A stretch of 64,000 nt of DNA from Myxococcales bacterium (GTDB taxonomy: Bacteria; Myxococcota_A; Polyangia; Palsa-1104): positions 28,095-92,094 of the forward strand of contig JAQBQH010000154.1 in assembly GCA_028287105.1 (NCBI GenBank), written 5' to 3'. Below are positions 19,300 to 28,310 of this stretch, piece after piece. A program made the position numbers and the translations under genes. A model generated the notes under the pieces. That model saw only the letters and a list, made by a program, of their open reading frames with translations. It had not been told where the DNA came from and made no database searches. The first letter of the stretch is position 1. Every line of letters begins with the position of its first letter.

Positions 19300-20255
19300 T
19301 CGGTGCCCACCGCCGCCGCCGACTGCGCGAAGTCGTCCTCGCGCGCCAGCGACGGATTGGGATTGGCCTCGATGACCACCACCTCGCCCGCCGGCGACAG
19401 CCGCACGTCGACGCGCCCGAGCCCCTTGATCTTGAGCACGCGATACACGGTGCGCGCGATCTTCTCCAGCTTGGGCGACAGCCCGTCGGGCAGCGGCGCG
19501 GTCGGCCCGTTCTTGATGCCCCACTTCTTGCGATAGACGTCGTCCCACTTGGCCTTCGAGGTCGCGAACTTCGGCGCGTCGTCGGCCAGCTTCTCGAAGA
19601 AGAGCTCGCGCGCGGGGAACACCGTGAGCCTCTTGTTGCCCATGACGCTGACGTAGATCTCGCGCCCCTCGATGTACTCCTCGATCATCACGTCGCCCTC
19701 GTAGCGCTCGTGCAGGAAGCGCACCCGCTCGAGCACCTCCGCCTCGTCGCGCGCGAACGACGCCTGCGCGATTCCGTCGGACGACTCCTCGCCGACGGGC
19801 TTGACGAACGCCGGATAGACGAAGCGCTTCAAGCTGCGCAGCGGCCGCGACCCCGACGACATGACGAAGCGCGCCACACGCACGCGGTGATACGACAAGA
19901 GCTTCTTGGCCAGCGACTTGTCCTTGCACAGCATGAGCGCGTCGGGCCCGGCGCCGGTATAGCGCACCTTCAAGAGCTCGAGCAGCGCCGGGATGTTGGG
20001 CTCGTTGGAGCGCTGCGCGTGGAACGACTCGGTCAGATTGAAGACGATGTCGGGCGCGAAGTTCTTGATCTTGTCGACGATGGCGACGACGTTGTCGAAG
20101 ACCGCCAGCGTATCGGTCTCGTGTCCGAGCCGCCGCAGACACTCGAGCACGTCGGCCTCGGTCGGCTTGTCCTCTTCCTTGCGCAGCGTCTCGGGCGAGA
20201 ACTCCTCGCCGTCGCGCGGCGCGCGATGCAGATCGAACAGGATGAGGATCTTCAT
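19254..20255 (-). CDS. ATP-grasp ligase, D-alanine--D-alanine-ligase-like
   Basis: 333 aa. Ddl-like N-domain (MLCKDKSLAKKLL) and ATP-grasp core (FVKPVGEESSDGI...IEEYIEGREIYVSVMG...GRVDVRL...VIEANPNPSL). The start ATG overlaps the stop of the upstream metallopeptidase gene (ATGA). Confidence 0.75.
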   Translation of the reverse strand: MKILILFDLHRAPRDGEEFSPETLRKEEDKPTEADVLECLRRLGHETDTLAVFDNVVAIVDKIKNFAPDIVFNLTESFHAQRSNEPNIPALLELLKVRYTGAGPDALMLCKDKSLAKKLLSYHRVRVARFVMSSGSRPLRSLKRFVYPAFVKPVGEESSDGIAQASFARDEAEVLERVRFLHERYEGDVMIEEYIEGREIYVSVMGNKRLTVFPARELFFEKLADDAPKFATSKAKWDDVYRKKWGIKNGPTAPLPDGLSPKLEKIARTVYRVLKIKGLGRVDVRLSPAGEVVVIEANPNPSLAREDDFAQSAAAVGTDYDALIQKILDAASG

Positions 20256-21322
20256 ACCGACCTCTTGAATCGTCCGGTATGCAGATGGTTGGTCACCAGC
20301 GCCGCCAGGTAGGCCGACAGATCCATCATCAAGCGCGGTTGATTGGTCGGCGTGGTCAGGCCGAGGCTCTCGCAGCGCAGCATCAATCGCCGCACCAGCT
20401 GGTCGACGGTGTACTTGTGCTCACCGGTCCAGCGCACCACCGACGGGACGATCACCTTGCGGCCGCGCCGCATGAAGCGCGCCGCCGACTCCTCGCCCGG
20501 CTCGCCGGAGAAGATGGCGACCAGATCGGCGTCGTAGAAATCGGGGTAGTCCTCGGCGTACTGCTTGCGGCGCTCGGCGTAATAGCGCGCCAGGGTCTTG
20601 CGCATGCGGCTCGCATCCGAGATGCGCCGCAACGGCACGCGCCTGGGCGGCATCCGCGTCGCCGCCGCCTCCTTCATCAGCTCGTCGACGTACTCGAGCT
20701 TCTCCAGCGCCTTCCAGCGACGGTAGCGCGCGCGCCACTCTTTTTCCGGCGTGCCGAGCCAGACCGCGAAGGTCTCGGCGAAGTCCTCGTCGGGATGCGC
20801 CTGCGCATACCAGTTGGCCAGATGGCGCACGAAGCTCTTCGAGTAGGCGCGCGGCCGGTAGATGTCCGGCGTCGCGTCGTTGTCGGTGTTGCCGAACAGC
20901 CGCCGCCATTTGCGGCGCCGCGAGAAGCGATAGACGTGATCGATCGCGTGCCCGCACTCGTGCCGCAAGAGCTGCAGGCACCACTCGGGCGTGCCGCCCT
21001 CGACCTCGAGCACCTGACGCAGCTCGAGCGCCTTGAGCCGCGGATGTGCCAGCCAGAACGGAATTGCGATGAGCGCCTGCTCGGTCGGCGTGAACCACTC
21101 GTCACCGAGGTAGCAGCCCGGGCGAAGCGCCAGCCCGCGCGCCTCCAGCTCCGCGTGCAGCTGCAGGATGAGCGGCTCCAGCTCGCTGCCTTCGACGCGC
21201 ACGCCGAGATCGCAGATGCGCATCGCCAGGAGCTCTTCGTCGCGCGCGTCCGCCCACGGCGGGTCGAAGAGGGGCGGCATCGGCGGCGCCGGCGCAGGGG
21301 CCGACGGCTCCGGAGCGTCCAT
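20252..21322 (-). CDS. Putative zinc metallopeptidase (HExxH: HECGHAIDH), uncharacterised family
   Basis: 356 aa. The single HExxH motif has a nearby third His/Asp. Composition is Arg/Trp/Tyr-rich. The gene is translationally coupled to the ATP-grasp gene downstream. It resembles the family annotated as putative zinc-binding metallopeptidase that co-occurs with ATP-grasp ligases; this is from recollection and was not searched. Confidence 0.65.
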   Translation of the reverse strand: MDAPEPSAPAPAPPMPPLFDPPWADARDEELLAMRICDLGVRVEGSELEPLILQLHAELEARGLALRPGCYLGDEWFTPTEQALIAIPFWLAHPRLKALELRQVLEVEGGTPEWCLQLLRHECGHAIDHVYRFSRRRKWRRLFGNTDNDATPDIYRPRAYSKSFVRHLANWYAQAHPDEDFAETFAVWLGTPEKEWRARYRRWKALEKLEYVDELMKEAAATRMPPRRVPLRRISDASRMRKTLARYYAERRKQYAEDYPDFYDADLVAIFSGEPGEESAARFMRRGRKVIVPSVVRWTGEHKYTVDQLVRRLMLRCESLGLTTPTNQPRLMMDLSAYLAALVTNHLHTGRFKRSV

Positions 21323-21363
21323 GACGTGAGAATAGCGCGGGATTCCCCAGAAGGGAACTTTCG

Positions 21364-21405
21364 GCCGTCGAGCCGCGGATCGCTCTCAGCCGTCGAGCCG
21401 CGGAT
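21364..21405. repeat. 17-nt perfect direct repeat x2 (gccgtcgagccgcggat) with an 8-nt spacer, straddling the stop codon of the small CDS
   Basis: The two copies are at 21364-21380 and 21389-21405. Confidence 0.7.
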
Positions 21406-21697
21406 GCAGCGACTCGACACTCTCGCGCCACACCTCGAGCGCGATCTCCGCGCGGGTCCGCGCGATCGCGCGGCGCGTGGAGGTCGTCGTCGCTTCTTGC
21501 AGCACCCGCTCGACGAAGTCACGCGAGCTGTCGAGCGCCACCGCGAGACGCGGCAGGCCAGCGTGCAGAGAGGCCTCGATGGCGCGACGTAGGTCACCAG
21601 CCAGCTGCTCGAGCTGTCGCCGTTCCAACAGCTCCGCGTCGGTGGACTCTACGATGTGCACGTGGACCAGATGCTTCAAGTGGCGTGCCGTAATCAC
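21386..21697 (-). CDS. Small helical hypothetical protein (103 aa) upstream of the metallopeptidase
   Basis: MITARHLKHLVHVHIVESTDAELLERRQLEQLAGDLRRAIEASLH... The composition is protein-like (E/L/R/A), unlike the antisense frame. A 17-nt perfect direct repeat flanks its stop codon. Confidence 0.45.
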   Translation of the reverse strand: MITARHLKHLVHVHIVESTDAELLERRQLEQLAGDLRRAIEASLHAGLPRLAVALDSSRDFVERVLQEATTTSTRRAIARTRAEIALEVWRESVESLHPRLDG

Positions 21698-21771
21698 CTG
21701 ACCCCCGCGGGTCGCAGCAGTGTGATCGACGCGACTTGCGGTCAGGCGACGTCGGCTTATGCCAGAGCAGG

Positions 21772-22230
21772 GTGAGTACCGTAGACACTAATGAAGGAGA
21801 CACGCTGGCCGCGCTGGCGCATGACCTGCGCAGCGCGACGGCCGCCGCGCTCTCGATCGGATCCTGGTTCGCGCCGACGCTCGACGACTGTCGCGTCGAC
21901 GTCGAGCGCCTCCTGGCGCTCGATCGAGATCACCGCCCGCCACACGACGTGCACCTGTTGCAGACGCGCGCGGAGCTGGCGCTACGCACCTGGAGCCGCA
22001 TCGTCGCCGTCACCGGTGCGAAGCTGCCGCGCTGTGGCGTGTGCGCGGGCGGGATCCTCGTCGAGATCGCCCGGCCGGGGCGCACGGTCCCCTTTCGCGG
22101 CGTTCAGATCGAGCTACCCGCGGACTTCGCCATTCCGACCTGCGACCACTGCGGCGCCGAGACGCTCGATGCCGCCGGCGGCGCGCGCCTCGACACGATG
22201 CTCATGACGGAGTATCTGCGCCGGACCTAG
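21772..22230 (+). CDS. Hypothetical protein with C-terminal MqsA/YgiT-type zinc ribbon (CGVCAGG...CDHCGAE)
   Basis: Frame of track ORF 21736..22230; the start is uncertain (GTG at 21772 or TTG at 21736). The C-terminal pattern CxxC-(~30 aa)-CxxCGxE matches the MqsA/YgiT zinc-finger layout. Confidence 0.5.
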   Translation: MSTVDTNEGDTLAALAHDLRSATAAALSIGSWFAPTLDDCRVDVERLLALDRDHRPPHDVHLLQTRAELALRTWSRIVAVTGAKLPRCGVCAGGILVEIARPGRTVPFRGVQIELPADFAIPTCDHCGAETLDAAGGARLDTMLMTEYLRRT

Positions 22231-22300
22231 TCAGCGAGCAGATGCGAGTGGCTCAGATGTGCCGCTCGCTCAGATGTGCCGCTCGCTCAGATGTGGCGTT
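22231..22300. repeat. Tandem 17-nt repeats (about 3 to 4 copies, decaying) in the convergent intergenic region; the last copy forms the 3' end of the response-regulator CDS
   Basis: The sequence ggctcagatgtgccgctc / gctcagatgtgccgctc / gctcagatgtggcgttc is preceded by the degenerate copy cgagcagatgcgagtg. Confidence 0.7.
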
Positions 22301-23063
22301 CGATGGTGTTGAGCAGGAGCGGCACGTCGAGCGGCTTGATGAGGTACTCGTTCACGCGCAGCTGCGCGGCGTGCCGCCGCACGTCGGTCGCCGCCGACAG
22401 GATGACGACGGGGATGGCCGCCAGCCGATCGTCGTCGAGCTGCGCGGCGCGAAACGCCCAGCCGTCCATCACGGGCATCATTAGATCGAGGAGGATGAGC
22501 CGCGGCGGCGCGTCGGTCTCGCGCAGATAGCGCAGCGCGGCCCCACCGTCGGAGGCGCCGATGACCTGGAAGCCCTCCTCCTGGAGGATGGTCGAGATGC
22601 TGTTGCGGATGTCGTCGTCGTCCTCGACGAGGAGCACGGTCCCGCCCGCGTGCGAGTCGATGGTCGGCTGCATGTGTCGCTTGACCTCGTCGAGGAGCGC
22701 GTCGATCGAGCAGGGCTTGGCGATGAACGCGTCGCAGCCGCTCTCCTTGGCGCGCTCGTAGTGTCGTCGGCTCACGTGGCCGGTGAGCATCACGACCGGA
22801 ATGTCGGCGGTGCGCGAGTCGCTCTTGAGTCGATGGGTCGCTTCGCAGCCGTCGACGCCTTTGAGCTCGTAGTCCATCACGATCAGATCGGGCGACATCG
22901 AGATGGCCAGCTCGTAGGCGTGCTCGCCGTTGTCGGCGCCGACGACGGCATAGCCGGCACCCGCGAGGACCTCGGAGTAGAGCTCGTAGCACTCGGCCGA
23001 GTCTTCGACGAGCAGCACGAGGCACTGGCGGGATGTAGGCGCACCATTGGCCATCGTATGCAT
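22287..23063 (-). CDS. Response regulator with two tandem receiver (REC) domains and no output domain
   Basis: REC1 LVLLVEDSAECYE...DLIVMDYELKGVDG...AKP and REC2 VLLVEDDDDIRNS...LILLDLMMPVMDG...IKP. Phospho-acceptor Asp residues are present in both. Confidence 0.8.
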   Translation of the reverse strand: MHTMANGAPTSRQCLVLLVEDSAECYELYSEVLAGAGYAVVGADNGEHAYELAISMSPDLIVMDYELKGVDGCEATHRLKSDSRTADIPVVMLTGHVSRRHYERAKESGCDAFIAKPCSIDALLDEVKRHMQPTIDSHAGGTVLLVEDDDDIRNSISTILQEEGFQVIGASDGGAALRYLRETDAPPRLILLDLMMPVMDGWAFRAAQLDDDRLAAIPVVILSAATDVRRHAAQLRVNEYLIKPLDVPLLLNTIERHI

Positions 23064-23172
23064 GATAGGTCGAACTCGTCAGACATGTTAGCGAAATGAT
23101 TGCACAAACCATGGAACCATCAGTGAGCTACCGTACGGATCTGGAGTCGCGTGCTTATGCCCCTATCAAACC

Positions 23173-24357
23173 GTGACCCGCACTCGATTCGCAGCCCTGT
23201 TGCCGCTGTTTGTCGCCGGATGCGCGGTATCCAGCCCGCATTTCGAGCTGGTAGGCCCGGTGCCGCCGCCGTCGGAGCGAGAGGCGTTCGCCGCCGCGCT
23301 CTTCCAGACCACCGACGCGCGGCTGACCGGCGGACATCGCTGGCAGCTCGAGGACAGCGGTAAGATTTTTACCGCCATCGTCGCCGCTATCGGCCAGGCG
23401 GAGCACAGCATCAACCTCGAGAGTTACATCTGGCACTCGGGCGAGCCGAGCAACGAGATCGTGGCCGCGCTGTCGAACCGCGCCCGCGGAGTGGCCTGTC
23501 GCATCGTGGTCGATCCGCTCGGGAGCCCCGACTTCGAGAGCAACGTCAAACCGCAGCTCGACGCCATGGGGTGCGAGAGCCACTTCTTCCGTCCCATGGC
23601 CCAGCATCCGATCGCCGAGCGCAACCATCGCAAGATCGTCGTCATCGACGGACGGATCGGCTTCGTGGGCGGGTTTGGCGTGCGGCAGGAGTGGGTCAAG
23701 TCGTCCGGCTCGTCCGATCCCGAGTGGCGCGACATCAACCTGCGCATCGAAGGGCCGGTGGTGCACGAGCTGCAGCGCGCGTTCGCGCAGAACTGGCAGG
23801 AGGCCGGCGGCGCGCTCCTACCGGCGAGCGATTTCCCGTCGCTGGCGAGCGGCGGCGCGGGCGGCGGCGCGGGCGCGGAAGGCGAGCCGCGTGCGGCGTT
23901 CGTCGCCAGCAGCTACAGCTACGTGACCAATGCCCAGCGGCTGGTGCTGTTGGCGGTGGCCTCCGCGCACAAGCGACTCTGGATCTGGAACGCCTACTTC
24001 GTGCCCGACGCGGTCTTGCGCGACCTTCTCTTGCGGAAGCGGCGCGAGGGCGTCGACGTGCGCATCCTCGTTCCCGGCGACAAGAACGACGTCACGGCTT
24101 CCAAGCTCGGCCAGCGCAACAGCTACCCGCCGCTCCTGGCCGCCGGGATTCGCATCTTCGAGTACCAACCGTCGATGATGCACGCCAAGACCATGATCGT
24201 CGACGATCGCGTCAGCCTGATCGGCTCGATCAACCTCGACGTCCTGTCGCTGAGGCGGCTCGAGGAGGACTCGGTGATCGTGGACGACCCGGCGCTCGTC
24301 GATGCGCTCGAGCGCGACTGGGTCCAGGACGTCGCGCACTGTCGCGAAGTTCACTGA
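23173..24357 (+). CDS. Phospholipase D / cardiolipin-synthase-like family lipoprotein (two HKD motifs)
   Basis: GTG start. Lipobox LFVAGCA. HKD motifs HRKIVVIDGRIGFVGG and HAKTMIVDDRVSLIGSINLD. Confidence 0.8.
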   Translation: MTRTRFAALLPLFVAGCAVSSPHFELVGPVPPPSEREAFAAALFQTTDARLTGGHRWQLEDSGKIFTAIVAAIGQAEHSINLESYIWHSGEPSNEIVAALSNRARGVACRIVVDPLGSPDFESNVKPQLDAMGCESHFFRPMAQHPIAERNHRKIVVIDGRIGFVGGFGVRQEWVKSSGSSDPEWRDINLRIEGPVVHELQRAFAQNWQEAGGALLPASDFPSLASGGAGGGAGAEGEPRAAFVASSYSYVTNAQRLVLLAVASAHKRLWIWNAYFVPDAVLRDLLLRKRREGVDVRILVPGDKNDVTASKLGQRNSYPPLLAAGIRIFEYQPSMMHAKTMIVDDRVSLIGSINLDVLSLRRLEEDSVIVDDPALVDALERDWVQDVAHCREVH

Positions 24358-24385
24358 CCGGAAGCGCACCGACGCGACGACACGC

Positions 24386-25000
24386 TCAGCGAATGCGCCA
24401 GCGCTCGGGGCCGCAGGCGATGATGAGCGGATCGGTCGCGGCCTCGAAGATCAGGCGCGTCGGCAGATCGCGGAAGGCGCTCGGAGCATAGGGATCGGCC
24501 TCGCGGCGGGCACGGCCGACGAGCGCGATCTCGTCGCCGGCCCCGAGCACCCCCTCGGAGAAGCTGTAGGGCAGCTCGCCGACCCAGTCGGTCGCGGGCA
24601 GGTCGTGCTTCTTCAAGAACGCGCGCGTCTCCGGCGTCGCCCGCACGTGGTCGGCCGCGGTGCGCGGCTCGCGGCCGCGCTCCCAGAAGATGCTGGCGTT
24701 GGCCGCGCGCACCACCACGAAGCCCGAGTCGTCGCGGAGCACGAAGTCGCGCGCCGCCGACTCGATGACCCGGACGAGCGAGTCGAACGTGGTCACCTTC
24801 TCCTGCAGCTTGACCGAATAGGCCGCGCAGGAGCGGTGCGCCAGCGGTGAGAGCAGCGGCTCGAGTAAATCGACCCGTCCCACCACCTTCAAGAGGCGCC
24901 CTTCGCGAACGTCGGACAACCGGGTGCGCGGCAGCTCGGTCAGCGCCGCCTGCGTGAGCTCTTCCGTCCTCCAACCAGCCATCCGCGGACCTTTAAACAT
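24386..25000 (-). CDS. Hypothetical protein
   Basis: Same frame as track ORF 24386..25201. The start is placed at MFKGPRMAGW (cat ~24998-25000); the alternative is MAGW at ~24984. No recognisable motifs. Confidence 0.4.
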   Translation of the reverse strand: MFKGPRMAGWRTEELTQAALTELPRTRLSDVREGRLLKVVGRVDLLEPLLSPLAHRSCAAYSVKLQEKVTTFDSLVRVIESAARDFVLRDDSGFVVVRAANASIFWERGREPRTAADHVRATPETRAFLKKHDLPATDWVGELPYSFSEGVLGAGDEIALVGRARREADPYAPSAFRDLPTRLIFEAATDPLIIACGPERWRIR

Positions 25001-25016
25001 TTTCTGAAAGATCGGT

Positions 25017-27263
25017 ATGATGCGCGTCACCATGCGCCTACCCGCGATCGCGATCTTCGCCTTTTGGGCCGTCGGCTGCAGCGACGGCAACGCGCGCTTC
25101 ATCGTGCGCGAGAGCGTCGAGCAGCTTTCCGTGACGCACGCCGAGCCGGGCGCCACGCTCGAGGTCCTCGACGGCAGCGGCAAGGCGATCCAGAGCGCCA
25201 CCGCCGATAAGCTCGGCAGCGCGCTCTTCCGCCACGTGCCGCCCGGCGACGGCTATGTCGTGCGCGCCGGGATGCTCGAGCGCTCGCGCCACTTGAAGGT
25301 CCTGTCGATCGACGGCTCGCTGCCGTCGCAGCGCTTCTACGATCACCAGGATCTGCAGCCCGGCTTCAACTACATCGCCACGCGCGACGGCACGCGCCTG
25401 TCGGCCTACGTCACGCTGCCGGGACCGATCGAGCTGGGCCCCTACCCGACGGTGGTGACCTACTCCGGCTACTCACCGTCCAAGCCCGGCGAGCCGCTCG
25501 GCAACTACGAATACCTGTGCGACAAGCTGCCCGTGCTCTGCGACGCGCCCAACGATCCGGGCGCCACCATCGCCGCCCTCTTCGGCTACGCCACCGTCGG
25601 CGTCAACGTGCGCGGCACCGGCTGCTCCGGCGGCGCCTACGACTTCTTCGAGACGCTGCAGCTCCTCGACGGCTACGACGTCATCGAGACGGCGGCGGCG
25701 CAACCGTGGGTCCAGGACCACAAGGTCGGCATGGTCGGCCTCTCTTATCCCGGCATCACGCAGATGTTCGTCGCCGCCGAGCGGCCGCCGAGCCTGGCGG
25801 CCATCACGCCCCTGTCGGTCATCGGCAACGCGCACACGACGATGCTGCCGGGCGGCATGCTCAACGACGGCTTCGCCATCGCCTGGGTCACGCAGGTGAT
25901 CAACACCGCGCAGCCGTACGGCCAGGGCTGGGAGCAGGCGCGCGTCGACGGCGGCGATACGCTGTGCGCGGAGAATCAGCTGCTCCACGGCCAGCTCGTC
26001 GACAACGTGGCGCAGGCGCGTACGACGCAGTACTACGATCCGGCGCAGCACGACCGCTACAACCCGGCCACCTTCGTCGGCAAGATCGACGTGCCGGTCT
26101 TCCTCGCCGGCGCGTGGCAGGACGAGCAGACCGGCCCCTACTTCTTCCCGCTGCTGTCGAAGTTCACGTCGTCGCCGTCGCGGCGCTTCACCATCTACAA
26201 CGGCGTGCACCCCGACGGATTTTCGCCCGACGTGCTCTCGGAGTGGGCGGCGTTCCTCGATCTCTTCGTCGCGCATCGCGTGCCGATGATCGATCCGCTG
26301 GTCTACGACCTGACGCCGCTGCTCATGGATCGCGTGTTCCATTCGCTCATGCACGTCGAGCCGACGAAGTGGTCGAAGTATGGCGACTTCGCGTCGGCGC
26401 TCGCCGATTGGAAGGCGGAGCCGGAGGTGCGCGCCATCTTCGAGAGCGGCGCCGGCCTGACCAGCGACCTCGGCGCGCCGCGCGGCACGTTCGAGCAGCA
26501 CTGGACGAGCTGGCCGCCGCCGGCGGTCGAGCCGATGCGCCTCTACTTCCGCGCCTCGGGCGCGCTGTCGGCGACGACACCGACGGAGAGCGCGGCCGCG
26601 TCGCAGTTCCAGCTCGACCCCGAAGCCGGTCAGCGCGGCAACCTCGCGCCGGGCGGCAACGTCTGGGACAAGCTGCCCGCCTACGACTGGCGTGCGCCGG
26701 CGGCCGGCAAGGCGGTCGGCTTCGAGTCGACCCCGCTGGCGGCCGATCTCATGATGGCCGGCAACGGGTCGGTCGATCTGTGGCTCCAGTCCCCCGTCGA
26801 CGATGCCGATCTGGAGGTCAACCTCATCGAGGTGCGCCCCGACGGCAAGGAGATGTACGTGCAGTCGGGCTGGCTGCGTGCGTCCTATCGCGGCAGCGGC
26901 CCCGATGCAACCGAGCTGTGGCCGTCGCCCACGTACATGCAGGCCGATTGGAAGGCGCTGGTTCCCGGCGAGTGGACCCAGGTGCGCGTCGGCTTCGCCG
27001 GCTTCCATCACGTCTTCCGCGCCGGCTCGCGCATCCGCGTCTTTGTCAACACGCCGGGCGGCAGCCGCGCCGAGTGGCGCTTCGCCTTGAAGCACTTCGA
27101 CACCGCGCCGAGCTACAGCATCGGTCACGACAGCGCGCATCCGTCGAGCGTCGTGCTGCCGGTCGTCCGCGGCGCGACGATTCCGTCACCTCTGCCTCCC
27201 TGCTCGCTTCGCGGTCAGCCGTGCCGCGACTACGCGCCGTACGCGAACACGCCCGCCAACTGA
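25017..27263 (+). CDS. CocE/NonD family hydrolase (S15 X-Pro dipeptidyl-peptidase fold) lipoprotein
   Basis: Lipobox FWAVGCS. Alpha/beta hydrolase nucleophile region MVGLSYPG. The GTGCSGG segment and large C-terminal beta-sandwich are typical of the CocE/NonD family. Size is 748 aa. Confidence 0.75.
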   Translation: MMRVTMRLPAIAIFAFWAVGCSDGNARFIVRESVEQLSVTHAEPGATLEVLDGSGKAIQSATADKLGSALFRHVPPGDGYVVRAGMLERSRHLKVLSIDGSLPSQRFYDHQDLQPGFNYIATRDGTRLSAYVTLPGPIELGPYPTVVTYSGYSPSKPGEPLGNYEYLCDKLPVLCDAPNDPGATIAALFGYATVGVNVRGTGCSGGAYDFFETLQLLDGYDVIETAAAQPWVQDHKVGMVGLSYPGITQMFVAAERPPSLAAITPLSVIGNAHTTMLPGGMLNDGFAIAWVTQVINTAQPYGQGWEQARVDGGDTLCAENQLLHGQLVDNVAQARTTQYYDPAQHDRYNPATFVGKIDVPVFLAGAWQDEQTGPYFFPLLSKFTSSPSRRFTIYNGVHPDGFSPDVLSEWAAFLDLFVAHRVPMIDPLVYDLTPLLMDRVFHSLMHVEPTKWSKYGDFASALADWKAEPEVRAIFESGAGLTSDLGAPRGTFEQHWTSWPPPAVEPMRLYFRASGALSATTPTESAAASQFQLDPEAGQRGNLAPGGNVWDKLPAYDWRAPAAGKAVGFESTPLAADLMMAGNGSVDLWLQSPVDDADLEVNLIEVRPDGKEMYVQSGWLRASYRGSGPDATELWPSPTYMQADWKALVPGEWTQVRVGFAGFHHVFRAGSRIRVFVNTPGGSRAEWRFALKHFDTAPSYSIGHDSAHPSSVVLPVVRGATIPSPLPPCSLRGQPCRDYAPYANTPAN

Positions 27264-27269
27264 CGCCGT

Positions 27270-28295
27270 CTACTTCGCGGGCTGGCGCTGTCCCGAGTAC
27301 TCGGCGCGATAGTCCGCCACCCAGCCGGTAATCCGATCGATCAGCTCGCCGGGGATGAGCTTGTTGCGTAGCGCGTCGCGCGCGGTTCGCGCCGCCTCGA
27401 AGAACTCGGACGCGAAGCTCGCCGACAGCGCGACCTTCTTGAGGCCCTGTCGCTCGAACAGCCCCCCGAGCAGCGCCGCGTCCTGCGTCCGGCCCATCTC
27501 CTCGATCGCCGCCTGCATCTTGCCGGTCGCCAGCATCAGCGCGCCTCGCGACTCGATCGGCAGCGCGTCGAACGCCGAGTTGGTCATCACCATGCACCCC
27601 GGCAAGAAGCCGAGCCTGAGCTCGCTCAGATAGCGGGTCTTGGCCGACCACTGATTGGCCAACGCAGCGACGGGGACCGCGAGAAAGCCGTCGATGCGCG
27701 ACTCGTCGTAGGCGCGACCGGCCTCCTCGAGCGGCAGGCCGACCGCGGCCGTGCCGAGCGCCTGCAGCTGCTTCTGCATCGCCTCGTCGAGGTTCCAGTA
27801 CCAGAACCTGGTCTTCTTGAGCTCCGCCATCGAGGTCACCGGCGCGCGGCTGAACAGCATGTCCGATCCCAGGCTCGCCTCGGCCATGTTGCGAAATCCA
27901 TGTTCGGCGAACTCGCGATCGATGGTCGGCCGCAAGCGACCGAGCACATACATCGCCTCCTCGCGCGACTGAAACAGCCCGAGAAGACGCAGCGCCCGCA
28001 TCGACGGCGACAGCTTCATGCACAGCATGCCGCCGGAGAAGACGGCGTCGAGCTGGCCGCGCTTCATGCGCTCGAGCGTCTGCACCTCATCGCCGGCGAT
28101 GCCGCCGAAGTAATACTTGATGGCCATCTCGCCGTGGCTCTCGGCGCCGAGATCGCGCGCCATCGCCCGCATGATGCGCGCCCACGCCGTACCGTCGGGC
28201 GCAGCGGTCGCCACGCGCAACGTCACCGGCTCGGCGCGTGCGCCGCCGGCGAGCGCCGCGATGATCGATAGTGCGCAGATCACGCGACTCGTCAC
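27270..28295 (-). CDS. TRAP transporter solute-binding protein (DctP family), orphan
   Basis: Signal peptide (M)TSRVICALSIIAALAGGARA from a GTG start (uncertain). DctP-like fold motifs are present. No dctQ/dctM genes are adjacent. Confidence 0.65.
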   Translation of the reverse strand: MTSRVICALSIIAALAGGARAEPVTLRVATAAPDGTAWARIMRAMARDLGAESHGEMAIKYYFGGIAGDEVQTLERMKRGQLDAVFSGGMLCMKLSPSMRALRLLGLFQSREEAMYVLGRLRPTIDREFAEHGFRNMAEASLGSDMLFSRAPVTSMAELKKTRFWYWNLDEAMQKQLQALGTAAVGLPLEEAGRAYDESRIDGFLAVPVAALANQWSAKTRYLSELRLGFLPGCMVMTNSAFDALPIESRGALMLATGKMQAAIEEMGRTQDAALLGGLFERQGLKKVALSASFASEFFEAARTARDALRNKLIPGELIDRITGWVADYRAEYSGQRQPAK

Positions 28296-28310
28296 GCGGG
28301 CGAGGTTAAC

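Noticed and set aside
18118-20142. 674-aa minus-strand ORF and 18714..20312 plus ORF
   Set aside because: They overlap the propeller, ATP-grasp and VIT-VWA genes in wrong frames and have Arg/Ala/Gly low-complexity composition.
25473-27331. Long ORFs on both strands inside the CocE/NonD gene (25473..27140 -, 25517..27331 +)
   Set aside because: They are alternate frames of a gene with clear hydrolase-family similarity.
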